Of a stretch of DNA of 64,000 nucleotides, positions 36,672-46,614 are shown one piece after another. Origin of the DNA: Chitinophagales bacterium (GTDB lineage Bacteria; Bacteroidota; Bacteroidia; Chitinophagales; Chitinophagaceae); NCBI GenBank assembly GCA_038228575.1, contig JBBRPD010000002.1:44781-108780 (forward strand), given 5' to 3'. Positions within the stretch are counted from its first letter, which is position 1. The number at the start of each line of letters is the position of its first letter. The notes under the pieces are model-generated. The model was not told the origin of the DNA, searched no databases, and worked only from the letters and a program-made list of their open reading frames with translations. The translations under genes and the position numbers were made by a program.

Positions 36672-39600
36672 GAATATCGTTAAGATAAATGTTACCCGTA
36701 AAACCACGAACCCGTTGTTTGCGGGCTGTGTTGTACGTTCTTTTCTATTGCTTTTGTTGTTGACTTTATTGCCTTGTTTTGCACAACAAACTGCGGCACG
36801 CGACTACCACATGTTACATTACACGGTTGCCGACGGCTTACCCAGCAATACCGTGTATTATGTTTACCGCGACACCAAAGGCTTTTTATGGATAGCCACC
36901 ACCAAGGGAGTAGCCCGTTACAATGGCATCCGTTTCGAAGTATTTACTACCGTTGATGGTATGCCCGACAATGAAATATTCAGCATACGGGAAGATAAAT
37001 ATGGCAGGATATGGTTCGCCACTTTCAATGGTTCGTTGTGCTATTATAAAGACAACCGCTTCCACAATGCCAAGAACACGCCATTTCTCAAACGGCCTAT
37101 ATTAAGTTCGCTCATTAAAAAGATAGTACTTGAAAATGACAGCAGTGTAACCATGATGTTTGAAAACAATGAAAAGATGGTGAACATTAATAAAGACCAC
37201 CTTTCATTAGTTTACCTGAATAACGATCAGGACATCAATGGCTTTATCGGCGTTAAAAAGCTATCGAAAAGCCTGTATAAATTCATTTACCGGAATTGTG
37301 TAAAAACGGTTGACTCCAATCATAATTTAATTAGCCGGGCACCGTTTTTTTGCACATTTAACGGAACACCCTGCGTAGACTGCGATATGTCTTCAGCACA
37401 AGACCAGATCTACATTTACAACCAGCATTTCATTTATGATATTGACCTGAAACTAGTAAAACAGCTTAATAATATTGAAGGTAAAGTAATACCCAAAGTA
37501 GTTTACTTTGATGGCAATAAAAACCTTTTCCGCTGTACCGACGATGGCATGTATATTAACGACAGCGAACATGTACTTGCAGGCTTGCATGTGGCAACCG
37601 TAACTGAGGACATTCACCATAACTGCTGGATGGGTACGCTTACCGATGGTATATATGTAATGAACTACACCAGCACCTATGCCAACGTTTACCCCAAAGC
37701 ATATACTGGCGAAATATGGTACGCTTATGCCGATGACGGCAACCTTTTTTACGTAAATTCCGATAACAATCTGTACCGGCTGAATGAAACACAGGAATGT
37801 TTGTTCAATTACGCACCGTACAAGAAAATGGAACACGGCTACAACCGCGGCTTCCTGGTTATGAAGGATAATGTGAACAAGCAATATAACTACATCAACT
37901 TCATTAATAATTACGTGTTCAATACACAGGATATCTTAGGGAAAAAGAACTTTTTTGTAAGTGAACATCCGTTTAACGAACCGGAAGTGGTCAAATCCAT
38001 CACCGATGTAAAAGACCAGATCTTTGTAAGAACCAAGAATAAGGTTTTCTCTATTAAATACAGTCATTTTACCGACCCTGCAACACTCAATGTCAAGAAC
38101 ATTTTGCTGGCTAATAATTCTGATCGTATACGGGCGTTTGCCAAATCTCCTGACAATGAAGTGTGGTTTTCCACCACCTTCGGGGTATATAAAATTATTG
38201 ATGGTGAAGACTCGGTACAAGCGCAGTTTAAAGATATTACGTTCAATAAGTTCGATTTTCTTGGGGCCTATCTTGTGGGGTACACCCTTATTGGCAATAT
38301 GCTTTTGGTTTGCAGCAATATTAACGGCAAGCCTGTTATTGATACCATAAAACAAAATGCAACGTGGGATAACTTTTACAAGGTTGATAGTGCACACATG
38401 CTCATCAGCACGAACGATCTGTATCGCTTGTTCACCATTAATCCGCCCGGGTCGCGCCAACGTTATACGGTAACCGCCATCGAAAACCCGTTTATACCCT
38501 CGCCTACTGAAAAATATGTTGGCATGGCTGCCGACAAGAAGTTTTGCTACTTTTTTTACAATGGATCCATTGTAAAGCTGGGTATTGACAATCTTTACCA
38601 GAAAGCACAGCCTCCTAATTTATATTTCAACTCCATTAAATACGGCGGCCGCAGCTTCCCGATGCAGGATGGTTTACGGGTGCATTACAGCAGCCAAAAG
38701 AATATCTCCATCTCCTTTTCTACTCTTTCTTTTTCCGGAAAGAACATCAGTTATCTGTATTCCGTATCGAAGAACGACCAGGATAACTGGACCCCTTTGC
38801 GTGGAGAAAACTTTGACTTCATTATACCGGGTACGGGGAAATGGATCATCAAGGTAAAGGCCAAAAGCATATCGAGCGAATACAGTAAGCCCATAGTTTA
38901 TGTGCTTGATATTATACCACCCTTCTGGGCCACATGGTGGTTCAATACCTTGTGCATTATTATAGCTACTACATTAGTGGTGTTTGGCGTTAGGTATCGT
39001 ATACTGTGGGTGCTGAAAAAAACCGAGAAGGAAAATGAAACCAAAATAAGGTTCATGAAGTCGGAATACAAAGCATTGAATGCGCTGATGAATCCGCACT
39101 TTATATTCAATACCCTGAACAATGTGCAAGCCCTGGTAAACCGTAACGACAAACTGGCGGCCAATGAATACCTGCGCATCTTCGCCGACCTCGTGCGCCA
39201 GAACATGCACAATGTATCGAAGGAAAACATACCGCTGCAAAAAGAAATTGACCTCGTTGAAAACTATCTGGCACTGGAAAAACTCCGGTTTAAGGAGCTG
39301 ATGAATTATGAAATTGATGTAGACGACGATGTGGATACTTCGCTAATTACAGTGCCGCCATTGTTCATACAGCCATTGGTTGAAAATTCTATAAAGCATG
39401 GCATATTGCCAAAGCAATCGGAAGACAGCAAAATTATTCTCAAGGTATTTGAGGTAGGCGATGTGGTGCATATTGAAGTGTGGGATAATGGCGTTGGGTT
39501 AAGTGCCGCCAAGAAAAAAGCTAATGCCCTGCATGAGTCGTTCGGCCTTAAAAATATACAAGACCGTGTGGAACAACTGAGCATGATCATGGGCAAAAAG

Positions 39601-39675
39601 GTAGAATTCAATATGGAAGAAGTGATGCGCGATGATGGATCATGGACCGTAGTATCTATTAAAATGCAGGTATAA
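36664..39675 (+). CDS. Sensor histidine kinase with periplasmic two-component-regulator propeller/Y_Y_Y region and LytS/YehU-type kinase core
   Basis: 'GLPSNTVYYVYRDTKGFLWIATTKG', 'GRIWFATFNG' propeller repeats; one TM near aa 755; 'NPHFIFNTLNNV' (His_kinase PF06580-type) and HATPase 'VWDNGVGL'. 8-nt overlap with the RR gene. Confidence 0.9.
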   Translation: MIENIVKINVTRKTTNPLFAGCVVRSFLLLLLLTLLPCFAQQTAARDYHMLHYTVADGLPSNTVYYVYRDTKGFLWIATTKGVARYNGIRFEVFTTVDGMPDNEIFSIREDKYGRIWFATFNGSLCYYKDNRFHNAKNTPFLKRPILSSLIKKIVLENDSSVTMMFENNEKMVNINKDHLSLVYLNNDQDINGFIGVKKLSKSLYKFIYRNCVKTVDSNHNLISRAPFFCTFNGTPCVDCDMSSAQDQIYIYNQHFIYDIDLKLVKQLNNIEGKVIPKVVYFDGNKNLFRCTDDGMYINDSEHVLAGLHVATVTEDIHHNCWMGTLTDGIYVMNYTSTYANVYPKAYTGEIWYAYADDGNLFYVNSDNNLYRLNETQECLFNYAPYKKMEHGYNRGFLVMKDNVNKQYNYINFINNYVFNTQDILGKKNFFVSEHPFNEPEVVKSITDVKDQIFVRTKNKVFSIKYSHFTDPATLNVKNILLANNSDRIRAFAKSPDNEVWFSTTFGVYKIIDGEDSVQAQFKDITFNKFDFLGAYLVGYTLIGNMLLVCSNINGKPVIDTIKQNATWDNFYKVDSAHMLISTNDLYRLFTINPPGSRQRYTVTAIENPFIPSPTEKYVGMAADKKFCYFFYNGSIVKLGIDNLYQKAQPPNLYFNSIKYGGRSFPMQDGLRVHYSSQKNISISFSTLSFSGKNISYLYSVSKNDQDNWTPLRGENFDFIIPGTGKWIIKVKAKSISSEYSKPIVYVLDIIPPFWATWWFNTLCIIIATTLVVFGVRYRILWVLKKTEKENETKIRFMKSEYKALNALMNPHFIFNTLNNVQALVNRNDKLAANEYLRIFADLVRQNMHNVSKENIPLQKEIDLVENYLALEKLRFKELMNYEIDVDDDVDTSLITVPPLFIQPLVENSIKHGILPKQSEDSKIILKVFEVGDVVHIEVWDNGVGLSAAKKKANALHESFGLKNIQDRVEQLSMIMGKKVEFNMEEVMRDDGSWTVVSIKMQV

Positions 39676-39754
39676 TTTTTGTCTGTCAGCGGACTTAGAA
39701 GAACTTCATCTCCTATTACATCAAAGCTAAATAAATCACCTTTTTCTAAGCGAT

Positions 39755-40912
39755 ATGGAAGACACCAATGAGGGCGAAATAACAGTAATAACCGATATTG
39801 TCGCATCTATCCGTTTGCGGCCTGCGATGTTCATTGGCAGACTCGGAGCAAAAGGTATTGCTGAAATGATACACGGGTTAATAAGGTGCCAAATAAGCCC
39901 TAACGGAAAAATACCCAATTACATAACTCTGGAAATTATTGATAAGGATAGCGTCACGGTTAAAATTCAAATGTGCGAGCAGCCCGACTTTATCATTGAT
40001 GTAGCGTCAAACATTCAAAAGGCTGTTGCCTCTCCATTGGACTGGGGTCACTTTGCAGTGTCGGTTGTTTGCACAAAAGACTGCCAACTCACGGTTAACC
40101 ATAATACGGTTGCCCACCAATTTAACTATAAGAATGGTGTTCTTGTGAAAAAAAGAGAGGTGCCCCTTGCCGATAATGCCGGAGAGGAACTGATAATGAC
40201 ATTTACGGTTGATAGTGTAATATTAAAAGGCAGCCCCTCATTTGACTATCTTGAAAAAGAAGCATCGATATTCGCACTGCTGGACAGGAACTGCAGGGTG
40301 CTTGTAAAAGATACAACTCAGGAACATTTCCAGCAAAGGTTTTATCATTATCCCAATGGCATGAAAGCTTGTTTTGACAGTTTGGTGGCAGAGCGGTCAA
40401 TTGGCGATACCTATTTTCCCATTTTTATTGATGAGGAGATTAGTGGCCGCAGTTACCAGTTATGCCTCTCGTACGGAAATTACTGGCAGTACCCGCAACC
40501 AAGCGTATACCTGTTCGCTGAAGGCAAGCCTACAGAAGAAGGTGGGTCATTGCTAAGCGGTATAATAAAAGGATTACGGAAAGCCTGTAAGGAATACGTG
40601 GTTGCCGGCGGATATGCAACGGCGAAAACACCGCATTCGCTATTATACCGGGGCTTAATTTTGGTGGCCAATGTGGCTGGTGGCAGCGATTATACTTTTG
40701 AGGGTGCTTCCGGAGGCAGATTGGCAATGCCGGATATTGAACGAGTTATAAAAGCGAAAGTTTACGAAACAGCAAAAGCACATATGGCAGCTTGCGACGC
40801 GGATGCAAAAACACTTATCAACAGGTTTGACGGTGAAATATGGGCTAAGAATATAATTGCCGATTTAGAAGAGCGCACGAAGAAAATAAAGGAAAGTGAA
40901 AATGAAAAGTAA
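39755..40912 (+). CDS. GyrB/ParE N-terminal-fragment-like protein (GHKL + transducer fold, apparently non-catalytic, no TOPRIM)
   Basis: 385 aa. 'ITVITDIVASIRLRPAMFIG' compares with GyrB 'IQVLEGLEAVRKRPGMYIG', 'FYHYPNGMKACFDSL' with 'FHYEGGIKAFVEYL', and 'YRGLILVANV' with '[10 protein letters not shown]'. The N-box and QTK loop look substituted (by-eye alignment). Confidence 0.6.
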   Translation: MEDTNEGEITVITDIVASIRLRPAMFIGRLGAKGIAEMIHGLIRCQISPNGKIPNYITLEIIDKDSVTVKIQMCEQPDFIIDVASNIQKAVASPLDWGHFAVSVVCTKDCQLTVNHNTVAHQFNYKNGVLVKKREVPLADNAGEELIMTFTVDSVILKGSPSFDYLEKEASIFALLDRNCRVLVKDTTQEHFQQRFYHYPNGMKACFDSLVAERSIGDTYFPIFIDEEISGRSYQLCLSYGNYWQYPQPSVYLFAEGKPTEEGGSLLSGIIKGLRKACKEYVVAGGYATAKTPHSLLYRGLILVANVAGGSDYTFEGASGGRLAMPDIERVIKAKVYETAKAHMAACDADAKTLINRFDGEIWAKNIIADLEERTKKIKESENEK

Positions 40913-40926
40913 ACAATAGTACTACC

Positions 40927-41514
40927 CTACTCCCCGTCCACCGACTTAAATGTAAAAAAGCGCTGGCTGAAATAACTCAGTACTGCAGTTATCACCATCA
41001 CAAAAATGTAAGAGATATCCGCTCTTACCATAGGCAAGGCAATTGCGAACACTTTAATAAGCGCATAGGTGAGCAATATTAGGGTTGCGGTTGCCATTAT
41101 GTACCTGAAAAACTGGACCTTGCCATGTAGGTTCGATTCAGGGAATACAATATGCCGAGATAAAATAAAACCAATGGGAAAACTAATAACGAATGCAATC
41201 ACATAAGCCCCTACCTCACCCGTAATATAAAAGGGTTCTGCCTCTGCGGCATGTGCCGTATGCGCCATAACACCTGAAAGGAATACCATTAAAAACCGAC
41301 TCAGACTGCCAGTAATATGCACATCATTTCTCTTTAAAAGAATGTTGTAAGAAAAAGAATAGATAGCCCAGTTAAGTACGGTATTGGTGCCACCACAGGC
41401 AAGGTACCTGAAGGTTTGGGTTGGTATCCATTTGGCGAATGGCCTATGAAAAAAATCAATAAATCCAACAACTATATGACGGGCCTTTGATAGCAAAAGT
41501 TTCTTTTTTGCCAA
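40927..41514 (-). CDS. GtrA family membrane protein
   Basis: 'FRYLACGGTNTVLNWAIYSF', 4 TM helices, 'RHIVFPES'. Paralogue of the next gene. Confidence 0.8.
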   Translation of the reverse strand: MAKKKLLLSKARHIVVGFIDFFHRPFAKWIPTQTFRYLACGGTNTVLNWAIYSFSYNILLKRNDVHITGSLSRFLMVFLSGVMAHTAHAAEAEPFYITGEVGAYVIAFVISFPIGFILSRHIVFPESNLHGKVQFFRYIMATATLILLTYALIKVFAIALPMVRADISYIFVMVITAVLSYFSQRFFTFKSVDGE

Positions 41515-41560
41515 AACTAAAGCTATTTTTTTGAATTATAACTTTGTATGCATAAACTTG

Positions 41561-42103
41561 CTACGCTTCCTCAGCCACAGGCTCTTCCATAACAGGCATG
41601 TCTAATTCAGGCTGTTTCACTATTTTAAAGGTATAAAAACGTTGTGAAAGATAACTGATAATGGCCGTAATAAAATTCACAAAAATATTAGATATATCTG
41701 CACGTACTGAAGGTATTGCCCATGCAAAAAATTTGGTAAGCACATAAGCCATACCTATAAAGCTTACAGCAGCCCCTGTATATCGTATAAACTGCACCTT
41801 TGTATCTATCTGAGATTCCGGAAAAACAATGTAGCTGGATAGTACGAAGCCAAATGGCACATTAAAGCAAAAGGTAACAAATAGCGCGGCAACCCTGTCA
41901 GTAAGGGCAAAATCGCCCACTATGTGCATACTATGCCCTTTGAAGAGCAAATTATACACCAGTGAAAAAAATACCAGACCTAATACCGTATTGGTGCCAC
42001 CGCAGGCTATATATCTGAAGGTTTGCGTAGGTATATACTTCGCAAAAGGTTTATGAAAAAAATCAATAAAAGCGACTATGCCTTTTCGTATCTGTGAAAG
42101 CAA
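41561..42103 (-). CDS. GtrA family membrane protein
   Basis: 'FRYIACGGTNTVLGLVFFSL', 'SYIVFPES', 'SQRFYTFK'. Confidence 0.8.
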   Translation of the reverse strand: MLSQIRKGIVAFIDFFHKPFAKYIPTQTFRYIACGGTNTVLGLVFFSLVYNLLFKGHSMHIVGDFALTDRVAALFVTFCFNVPFGFVLSSYIVFPESQIDTKVQFIRYTGAAVSFIGMAYVLTKFFAWAIPSVRADISNIFVNFITAIISYLSQRFYTFKIVKQPELDMPVMEEPVAEEA

Positions 42104-42270
42104 AAGATAAAAGTTTTGTGCAAAAATAACACAACTAAATTAATTAAAAATTTCCTTTTTGCATCATTTGCCACTTTGCACCATTAAAAAAAGACCTCAA
42201 TTATCAACATTCCGAGAAAAATTACTCACAATTGCGCCATTTCACTACAGCTTCATTATCTTTGACCAGC

Positions 42271-43533
42271 ATGGATATTACTCATTTAGCACTATATATA
42301 ATTGTTTGTATCCTTTTAATGGGTTTTTTCGCTGGTTCTGAGATCGCATTTATTTCAGCCAACAAGCTCAATATTGAGCTGCGCAAGAAGCAGGGAACAT
42401 TCACTGGCAAAATTCTGGCAACGTTTATGGAGAATCCCTCCAAATTCATTGGTACCAGTCTTGTTGGCGTTAATGTATTGCTCGTTATCTATGGTTTATT
42501 ATCATCTCAGGTAACCGACAAAATACTGCATCACTACAATATCACCTTATCTGAATATCCTAAACTGGCTGTTGATACACTTGCAGCAACCATTATCATA
42601 CTCATATTTGCCGAATTTCTTCCGAAAGCCATTTTCAGGTCGAAGGCCGAAACCGTACTTACCATTTTTAGTATACCCATGTGGCTGATGTACAAGCTAT
42701 TTTCCCCGGTATCTAAGATATTTGTTTCTATTTCCGAATTCATTCTGAAATATCTGTTCAATGTAAAGATCAAGGAAAACAAGCAGGTTTTTAACCGCGT
42801 AGATCTTGAACTTTTTGTAAAACAAAGTATGCACAGCCACGAAAGTGAAACCAGTGAAGTGAATGCAGAATTGTTTGAAAACGCTTTGTATCTGGTGAAT
42901 GTAAAAATTCGCAAATGCATGATTCCCCGCAATGAGGTGGAAGCCGTAGATATTACCCTTCCTATTAAAGAAGCGACATCGAAATTTATTAGTACCAAGC
43001 TTTCCAAGATCATAGTGTATGATGATACGATAGATAATATTGTAGGCTACATTCACCACCTTGACCTGAACCGAAAACCCAAAAACATAAAGGAAATACT
43101 GCACACCATTACCGCGGTACCCGAAGCAATGAGCGCGGTAGACCTTATGAACAGGTTCACCAAAGAGCGTAAAAGTATTGCCTGGGTAGTTGATGAATTT
43201 GGCGGAACGGCCGGTATTGTTACCATGGAAGACGTACTGGAAGAAATATTCGGCGACATAAACGATGAATATGACGTTCAGGAGCACGTTGAAAAACAAT
43301 TGGCAGAAAATGAGTACATCTTCTCCGGTCGTTTGGAACTTGACTATTTGAATGAAAAATATGGTTTCTCTTTCCCTACCGAGCAATCAGAAACGCTTTC
43401 AGGCTACATCATTTCCGGCCACGAAACCATACCGAAAATAAAAGAGCAGATCATACTGGACCAATACGAATTCGACATTCTACTGGTTACTGACACACGT
43501 ATTGAAACCGTGAAGATGAAGGTGCTGAAATAG
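42271..43533 (+). CDS. CNNM/HlyC-CorC family protein (DUF21 + CBS pair + CorC_HlyC; GldE-like)
   Basis: I prefer ATG 42271. N-terminal 4-TM DUF21 'GSEIAFISANK', a CBS region, and C-terminal 'SGYIISGHETIPK'. Confidence 0.8.
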   Translation: MDITHLALYIIVCILLMGFFAGSEIAFISANKLNIELRKKQGTFTGKILATFMENPSKFIGTSLVGVNVLLVIYGLLSSQVTDKILHHYNITLSEYPKLAVDTLAATIIILIFAEFLPKAIFRSKAETVLTIFSIPMWLMYKLFSPVSKIFVSISEFILKYLFNVKIKENKQVFNRVDLELFVKQSMHSHESETSEVNAELFENALYLVNVKIRKCMIPRNEVEAVDITLPIKEATSKFISTKLSKIIVYDDTIDNIVGYIHHLDLNRKPKNIKEILHTITAVPEAMSAVDLMNRFTKERKSIAWVVDEFGGTAGIVTMEDVLEEIFGDINDEYDVQEHVEKQLAENEYIFSGRLELDYLNEKYGFSFPTEQSETLSGYIISGHETIPKIKEQIILDQYEFDILLVTDTRIETVKMKVLK

Positions 43534-43729
43534 GATTGGTAACTTCCTGTGGCATTGGGCATCGCCATTTTACCTGCACACCATTGCCTTGCTGAGCTTG
43601 AAAAACAGGTATTCTCTGCTAATTTTCAGGTCCCTGCAGCAACCTTCAATTACCCTAAAACAATTCGCCATTGCGAACTGACCATTAAAAATTTACGATT
43701 ACATTTGCCATTCAAAATAATTGCCAGTT

Positions 43730-44230
43730 ATGTTACAGGTTGCTGTTAATGATGAAAGTAATTTTTCGATAGACCGTAAAGACGGCAAGTGGATGGTAAA
43801 CGATGCCGCAGCCAATTGCGATATCAGCCAACAGCCTAACGGGCTTATCAGCGTACTGCTTAATAACAAGAGTTATACCGGCATTATTGAAAAAATAGAC
43901 CGTAAAGCCAAAGAAGTAACCGTAAGGGTAAATGGCCAGTTGTACACCACAAGTATAAAGGAACCGATAGACCTGCTGCTCATTAATATGGGTATGGACC
44001 TTAAAGCCAACGCAAAGGCTGAACCCGTAAAGGCACCTATGCCCGGCATGGTACTGAAAATACTAGTTACACCCGGACAGCAAGTAAACAAAGGCGATGC
44101 GCTGATTATACTGGAAGCCATGAAAATGGAAAATCTGCTTAAAGCTGCGGCTGCCGGCACCGTAAAATCAATAAAAGCAATAGAGAAAACGGCTGTGGAA
44201 AAAGGCGCCATTTTAATAGAAATGGAATAA
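43730..44230 (+). CDS. Biotin/lipoyl-attachment (BCCP-type) protein
   Basis: C-terminal 'PMPGMVLKILV..G..V.KGDALIILEAMKMEN' biotinyl-lysine motif. Confidence 0.85.
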   Translation: MLQVAVNDESNFSIDRKDGKWMVNDAAANCDISQQPNGLISVLLNNKSYTGIIEKIDRKAKEVTVRVNGQLYTTSIKEPIDLLLINMGMDLKANAKAEPVKAPMPGMVLKILVTPGQQVNKGDALIILEAMKMENLLKAAAAGTVKSIKAIEKTAVEKGAILIEME

Positions 44231-44323
44231 TGGAGACTGGTAAAAATTCAAAGTAATAAAATTTAAAAATCCACATTCCAAAATTCAGAGGTCAATAAAC
44301 AGCCTGGGCTACGCTATAATACC

Positions 44324-44683
44324 ATGAAAAAAGTGTTCTTTTTACTATTTATTGGGTTTATAATGGGCATTGGTTTCACCGGTGTGGCAATGGCAAAGTA
44401 TGCCTTTGTTTACATACAGGGCGATAAAACAACACCATTCTATGTAAAAAAGGATGGCAAGATGCTACCCAGGTATGGTAAAAACTATTGCATTATTCCA
44501 AAGCTCGATTCTGGAACAATAGAAATTGAAATACTATACCAGCAAAACATTTACAGTCCGCAAACCTATACCTTTAGCGTTCCTGCCGGCGGCTACCGCA
44601 GTTTTTTACTTACCAGAATAGATACAGCTTACAGCCTTTTAGACCTGGACACAAAAGCATACTTATACCCTTTAAAAAAATAA
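44324..44683 (+). CDS. Hypothetical secreted protein
   Basis: 119 aa; N-terminal signal/anchor; no recognised family. Confidence 0.55.
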   Translation: MKKVFFLLFIGFIMGIGFTGVAMAKYAFVYIQGDKTTPFYVKKDGKMLPRYGKNYCIIPKLDSGTIEIEILYQQNIYSPQTYTFSVPAGGYRSFLLTRIDTAYSLLDLDTKAYLYPLKK

Positions 44684-44706
44684 AAAACATCACAAATCAT
44701 TATTTT

Positions 44707-45228
44707 ATGAAATTTTCGGTTGCCAGCATTGTTGTATTAGCGCTCTTTTTGTTTTCCTGTAAACAAACCAAAACCGATATGGTGAGGGGCTCCTGGAAAG
44801 GTACTAAGTTCGAAAACCCTGATATGCAGGATTTTTTCAAGGAAAGCCAGCATTATATTGACACCCTGGGAAGCAGCAAAGATGCCCGCATAAACTGGGA
44901 GTTGTATGGGGTTACCAATATGGACAGCCTTAAAAAAGAATTACAAAACCAGCATGACAGTGCACAGTCCATGCAAATGAATGCCGTACTTAAAACAATA
45001 TTTAATTTCAAGAAAGACAGTGTGGCCATAGTTTCCTTCAATGGCAGCCTCGATACCAGCAAATGGTACCTGAAAGGTGATACACTTGTAATGATAGAAA
45101 TGACCGGACCGGAACAAGGTATGAACACCCAGATGCAGATTTTAAGCGTAAGTGAGACGGAAATGAAGCTGAAATTTGAAATGGACAGCAGTTACAGCAC
45201 AGTAACTTTTGTAAAAGAGAAAAATTAA
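44707..45228 (+). CDS. Hypothetical lipoprotein
   Basis: 173 aa; 'LALFLFSC' lipobox-like signal. Confidence 0.6.
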   Translation: MKFSVASIVVLALFLFSCKQTKTDMVRGSWKGTKFENPDMQDFFKESQHYIDTLGSSKDARINWELYGVTNMDSLKKELQNQHDSAQSMQMNAVLKTIFNFKKDSVAIVSFNGSLDTSKWYLKGDTLVMIEMTGPEQGMNTQMQILSVSETEMKLKFEMDSSYSTVTFVKEKN

Positions 45229-45240
45229 GGCCGCTCTTAT

Positions 45241-45248
45241 TATATTTG
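45241..45248 (+). promoter_or_regulatory. -7 box TATATTTG
   Basis: Exact TAnnTTTG match, 65 nt upstream of ATG 45313. Confidence 0.4.
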
Positions 45249-45312
45249 CAGCCCGTACCCGTAACAAAATACATTACTCAAACTTTTACATCAAGCCGAA
45301 AATAAAAATACA

Positions 45313-46296
45313 ATGCGTACAATAGCTTTAAGACAAGCATTAAGGGAAGCAATGGAAGAGGAAATGCGTCGTGACCCGAGCGTTTTCCTGATGGGTGAAG
45401 AAGTAGCACAATACAATGGTGCTTACAAGGTGAGCCAGGGCATGCTTGATGAATTTGGAGCAAAACGAGTAATTGATACCCCTATCAGCGAACTTGGTTT
45501 TGCTGCAATAGGTGTTGGTGCGGCTATGAATAATACCCGCCCTATTATTGAATTCATGACTTGGAATTTTGCTGAACTGGCCATTGACCAGATAGTGAAC
45601 CATGCAGCCAAGATGCTTTCTATGACTGGCGGACAGTACACGTGCCCGATAGTTTTCCGCGGACCAAACGGTTCTGCCGGTCAATTGGCTGCGCAGCACT
45701 CCCAGGCTTTTGAAAACTGGTATGCTAATATTCCTGGCTTGAAGGTAATATCGACCATCGATCCGTATGACGCTAAAGGACTTATGAAATCGGCGATACG
45801 CGATAACGACCCGGTTGTGTTTATGGAGAGCGAAACCTGCTATGGCGATCAGGGTGAAGTACCGGAAGAAGAATATCTGATACCCATTGGTAAGGCAGCA
45901 GTGAAGCGCCAGGGTACCGATGTTACCATCGTTTCTTACAACAAAATGATGAAAGTTGCCATGGCAGCGGCCGATGAACTGGCGAAAGAAAACATAAGTG
46001 CCGAAGTAATAGACCTGCGTACTATACGCCCGCTGGACTGGCCTACCATAGTGGAGTCCGTTAAAAAGACAAACAGGCTGGTTATTGTTGAAGAACAATG
46101 GCCATTTGGCAGCGTAGGTTCTGAAATTGCCTACCGCATACAAAAAGAAGCATTTGACTACCTGGACGCACCTGTGCGCCGCATAGCCAGTGCCGATGCC
46201 AATATGCACTACGCTCCGAACCTTGTTGCAGCATACTTGCCTGACGTGCCACGTACCGTGAAACTGATTAAGGAAGTTATGTATGTAAAAAAATAG
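45313..46296 (+). CDS. 2-oxoacid (pyruvate-type) dehydrogenase E1 component beta subunit
   Basis: 327 aa; 'FLMGEEVAQYNGAYKVS.G....FG..RV.DTPISE.GF' and the transketolase C-terminal part. No alpha or E2 gene is adjacent. Confidence 0.9.
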   Translation: MRTIALRQALREAMEEEMRRDPSVFLMGEEVAQYNGAYKVSQGMLDEFGAKRVIDTPISELGFAAIGVGAAMNNTRPIIEFMTWNFAELAIDQIVNHAAKMLSMTGGQYTCPIVFRGPNGSAGQLAAQHSQAFENWYANIPGLKVISTIDPYDAKGLMKSAIRDNDPVVFMESETCYGDQGEVPEEEYLIPIGKAAVKRQGTDVTIVSYNKMMKVAMAAADELAKENISAEVIDLRTIRPLDWPTIVESVKKTNRLVIVEEQWPFGSVGSEIAYRIQKEAFDYLDAPVRRIASADANMHYAPNLVAAYLPDVPRTVKLIKEVMYVKK

Positions 46297-46428
46297 CGGA
46301 TAGCACCTAATAAACAATCCGGGACATCTCACTTTTATCCGTATATTTAGGTGTAAGAAGTACATTTAACAATATACAGCAGGATTTTATTGTATTATTT
46401 TCTCTCTTTGAATACAAATTATCAGGGT

Positions 46429-46611
46429 ATGAAATTGAATGTTCATAAAATAAAAGACTCCAAAGCGGAGATTACTGATGTAGAAAATATGTTGCAAAAT
46501 GTTGTGACAGACAGAAATGATCCGTCACACAGTGTAGTAAAATTTGAACAGATAACTCGGGAAATGCAAATGGCCGAGCGAAATAGTGCTTACAATTTTT
46601 TTAGCCTATAA
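46429..46611 (+). CDS. Small hypothetical protein (60 aa)
   Basis: ATG 46429 (MKLNVHKIKDSKAEI..). AT-rich, no recognised family, weak support. Confidence 0.3.
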   Translation: MKLNVHKIKDSKAEITDVENMLQNVVTDRNDPSHSVVKFEQITREMQMAERNSAYNFFSL

Positions 46612-46614
46612 TAA

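Noticed and set aside
42697-43386. 229-aa antisense ORF inside the CNNM/CorC gene. Similar long antisense ORFs occur at 8991-9593, 25823-26365, 37936-38460 and 39306-39806.
   Set aside because: All are opposite strongly supported genes and have odd composition. I treat them as non-coding shadows.
45340-46365. 341-aa ORF antisense to the E1-beta dehydrogenase gene
   Set aside because: It is a shadow ORF. The plus-strand frame has unmistakable E1-beta motifs. The antisense translation is low-complexity (Cys/His/Phe-rich) with no family resemblance.
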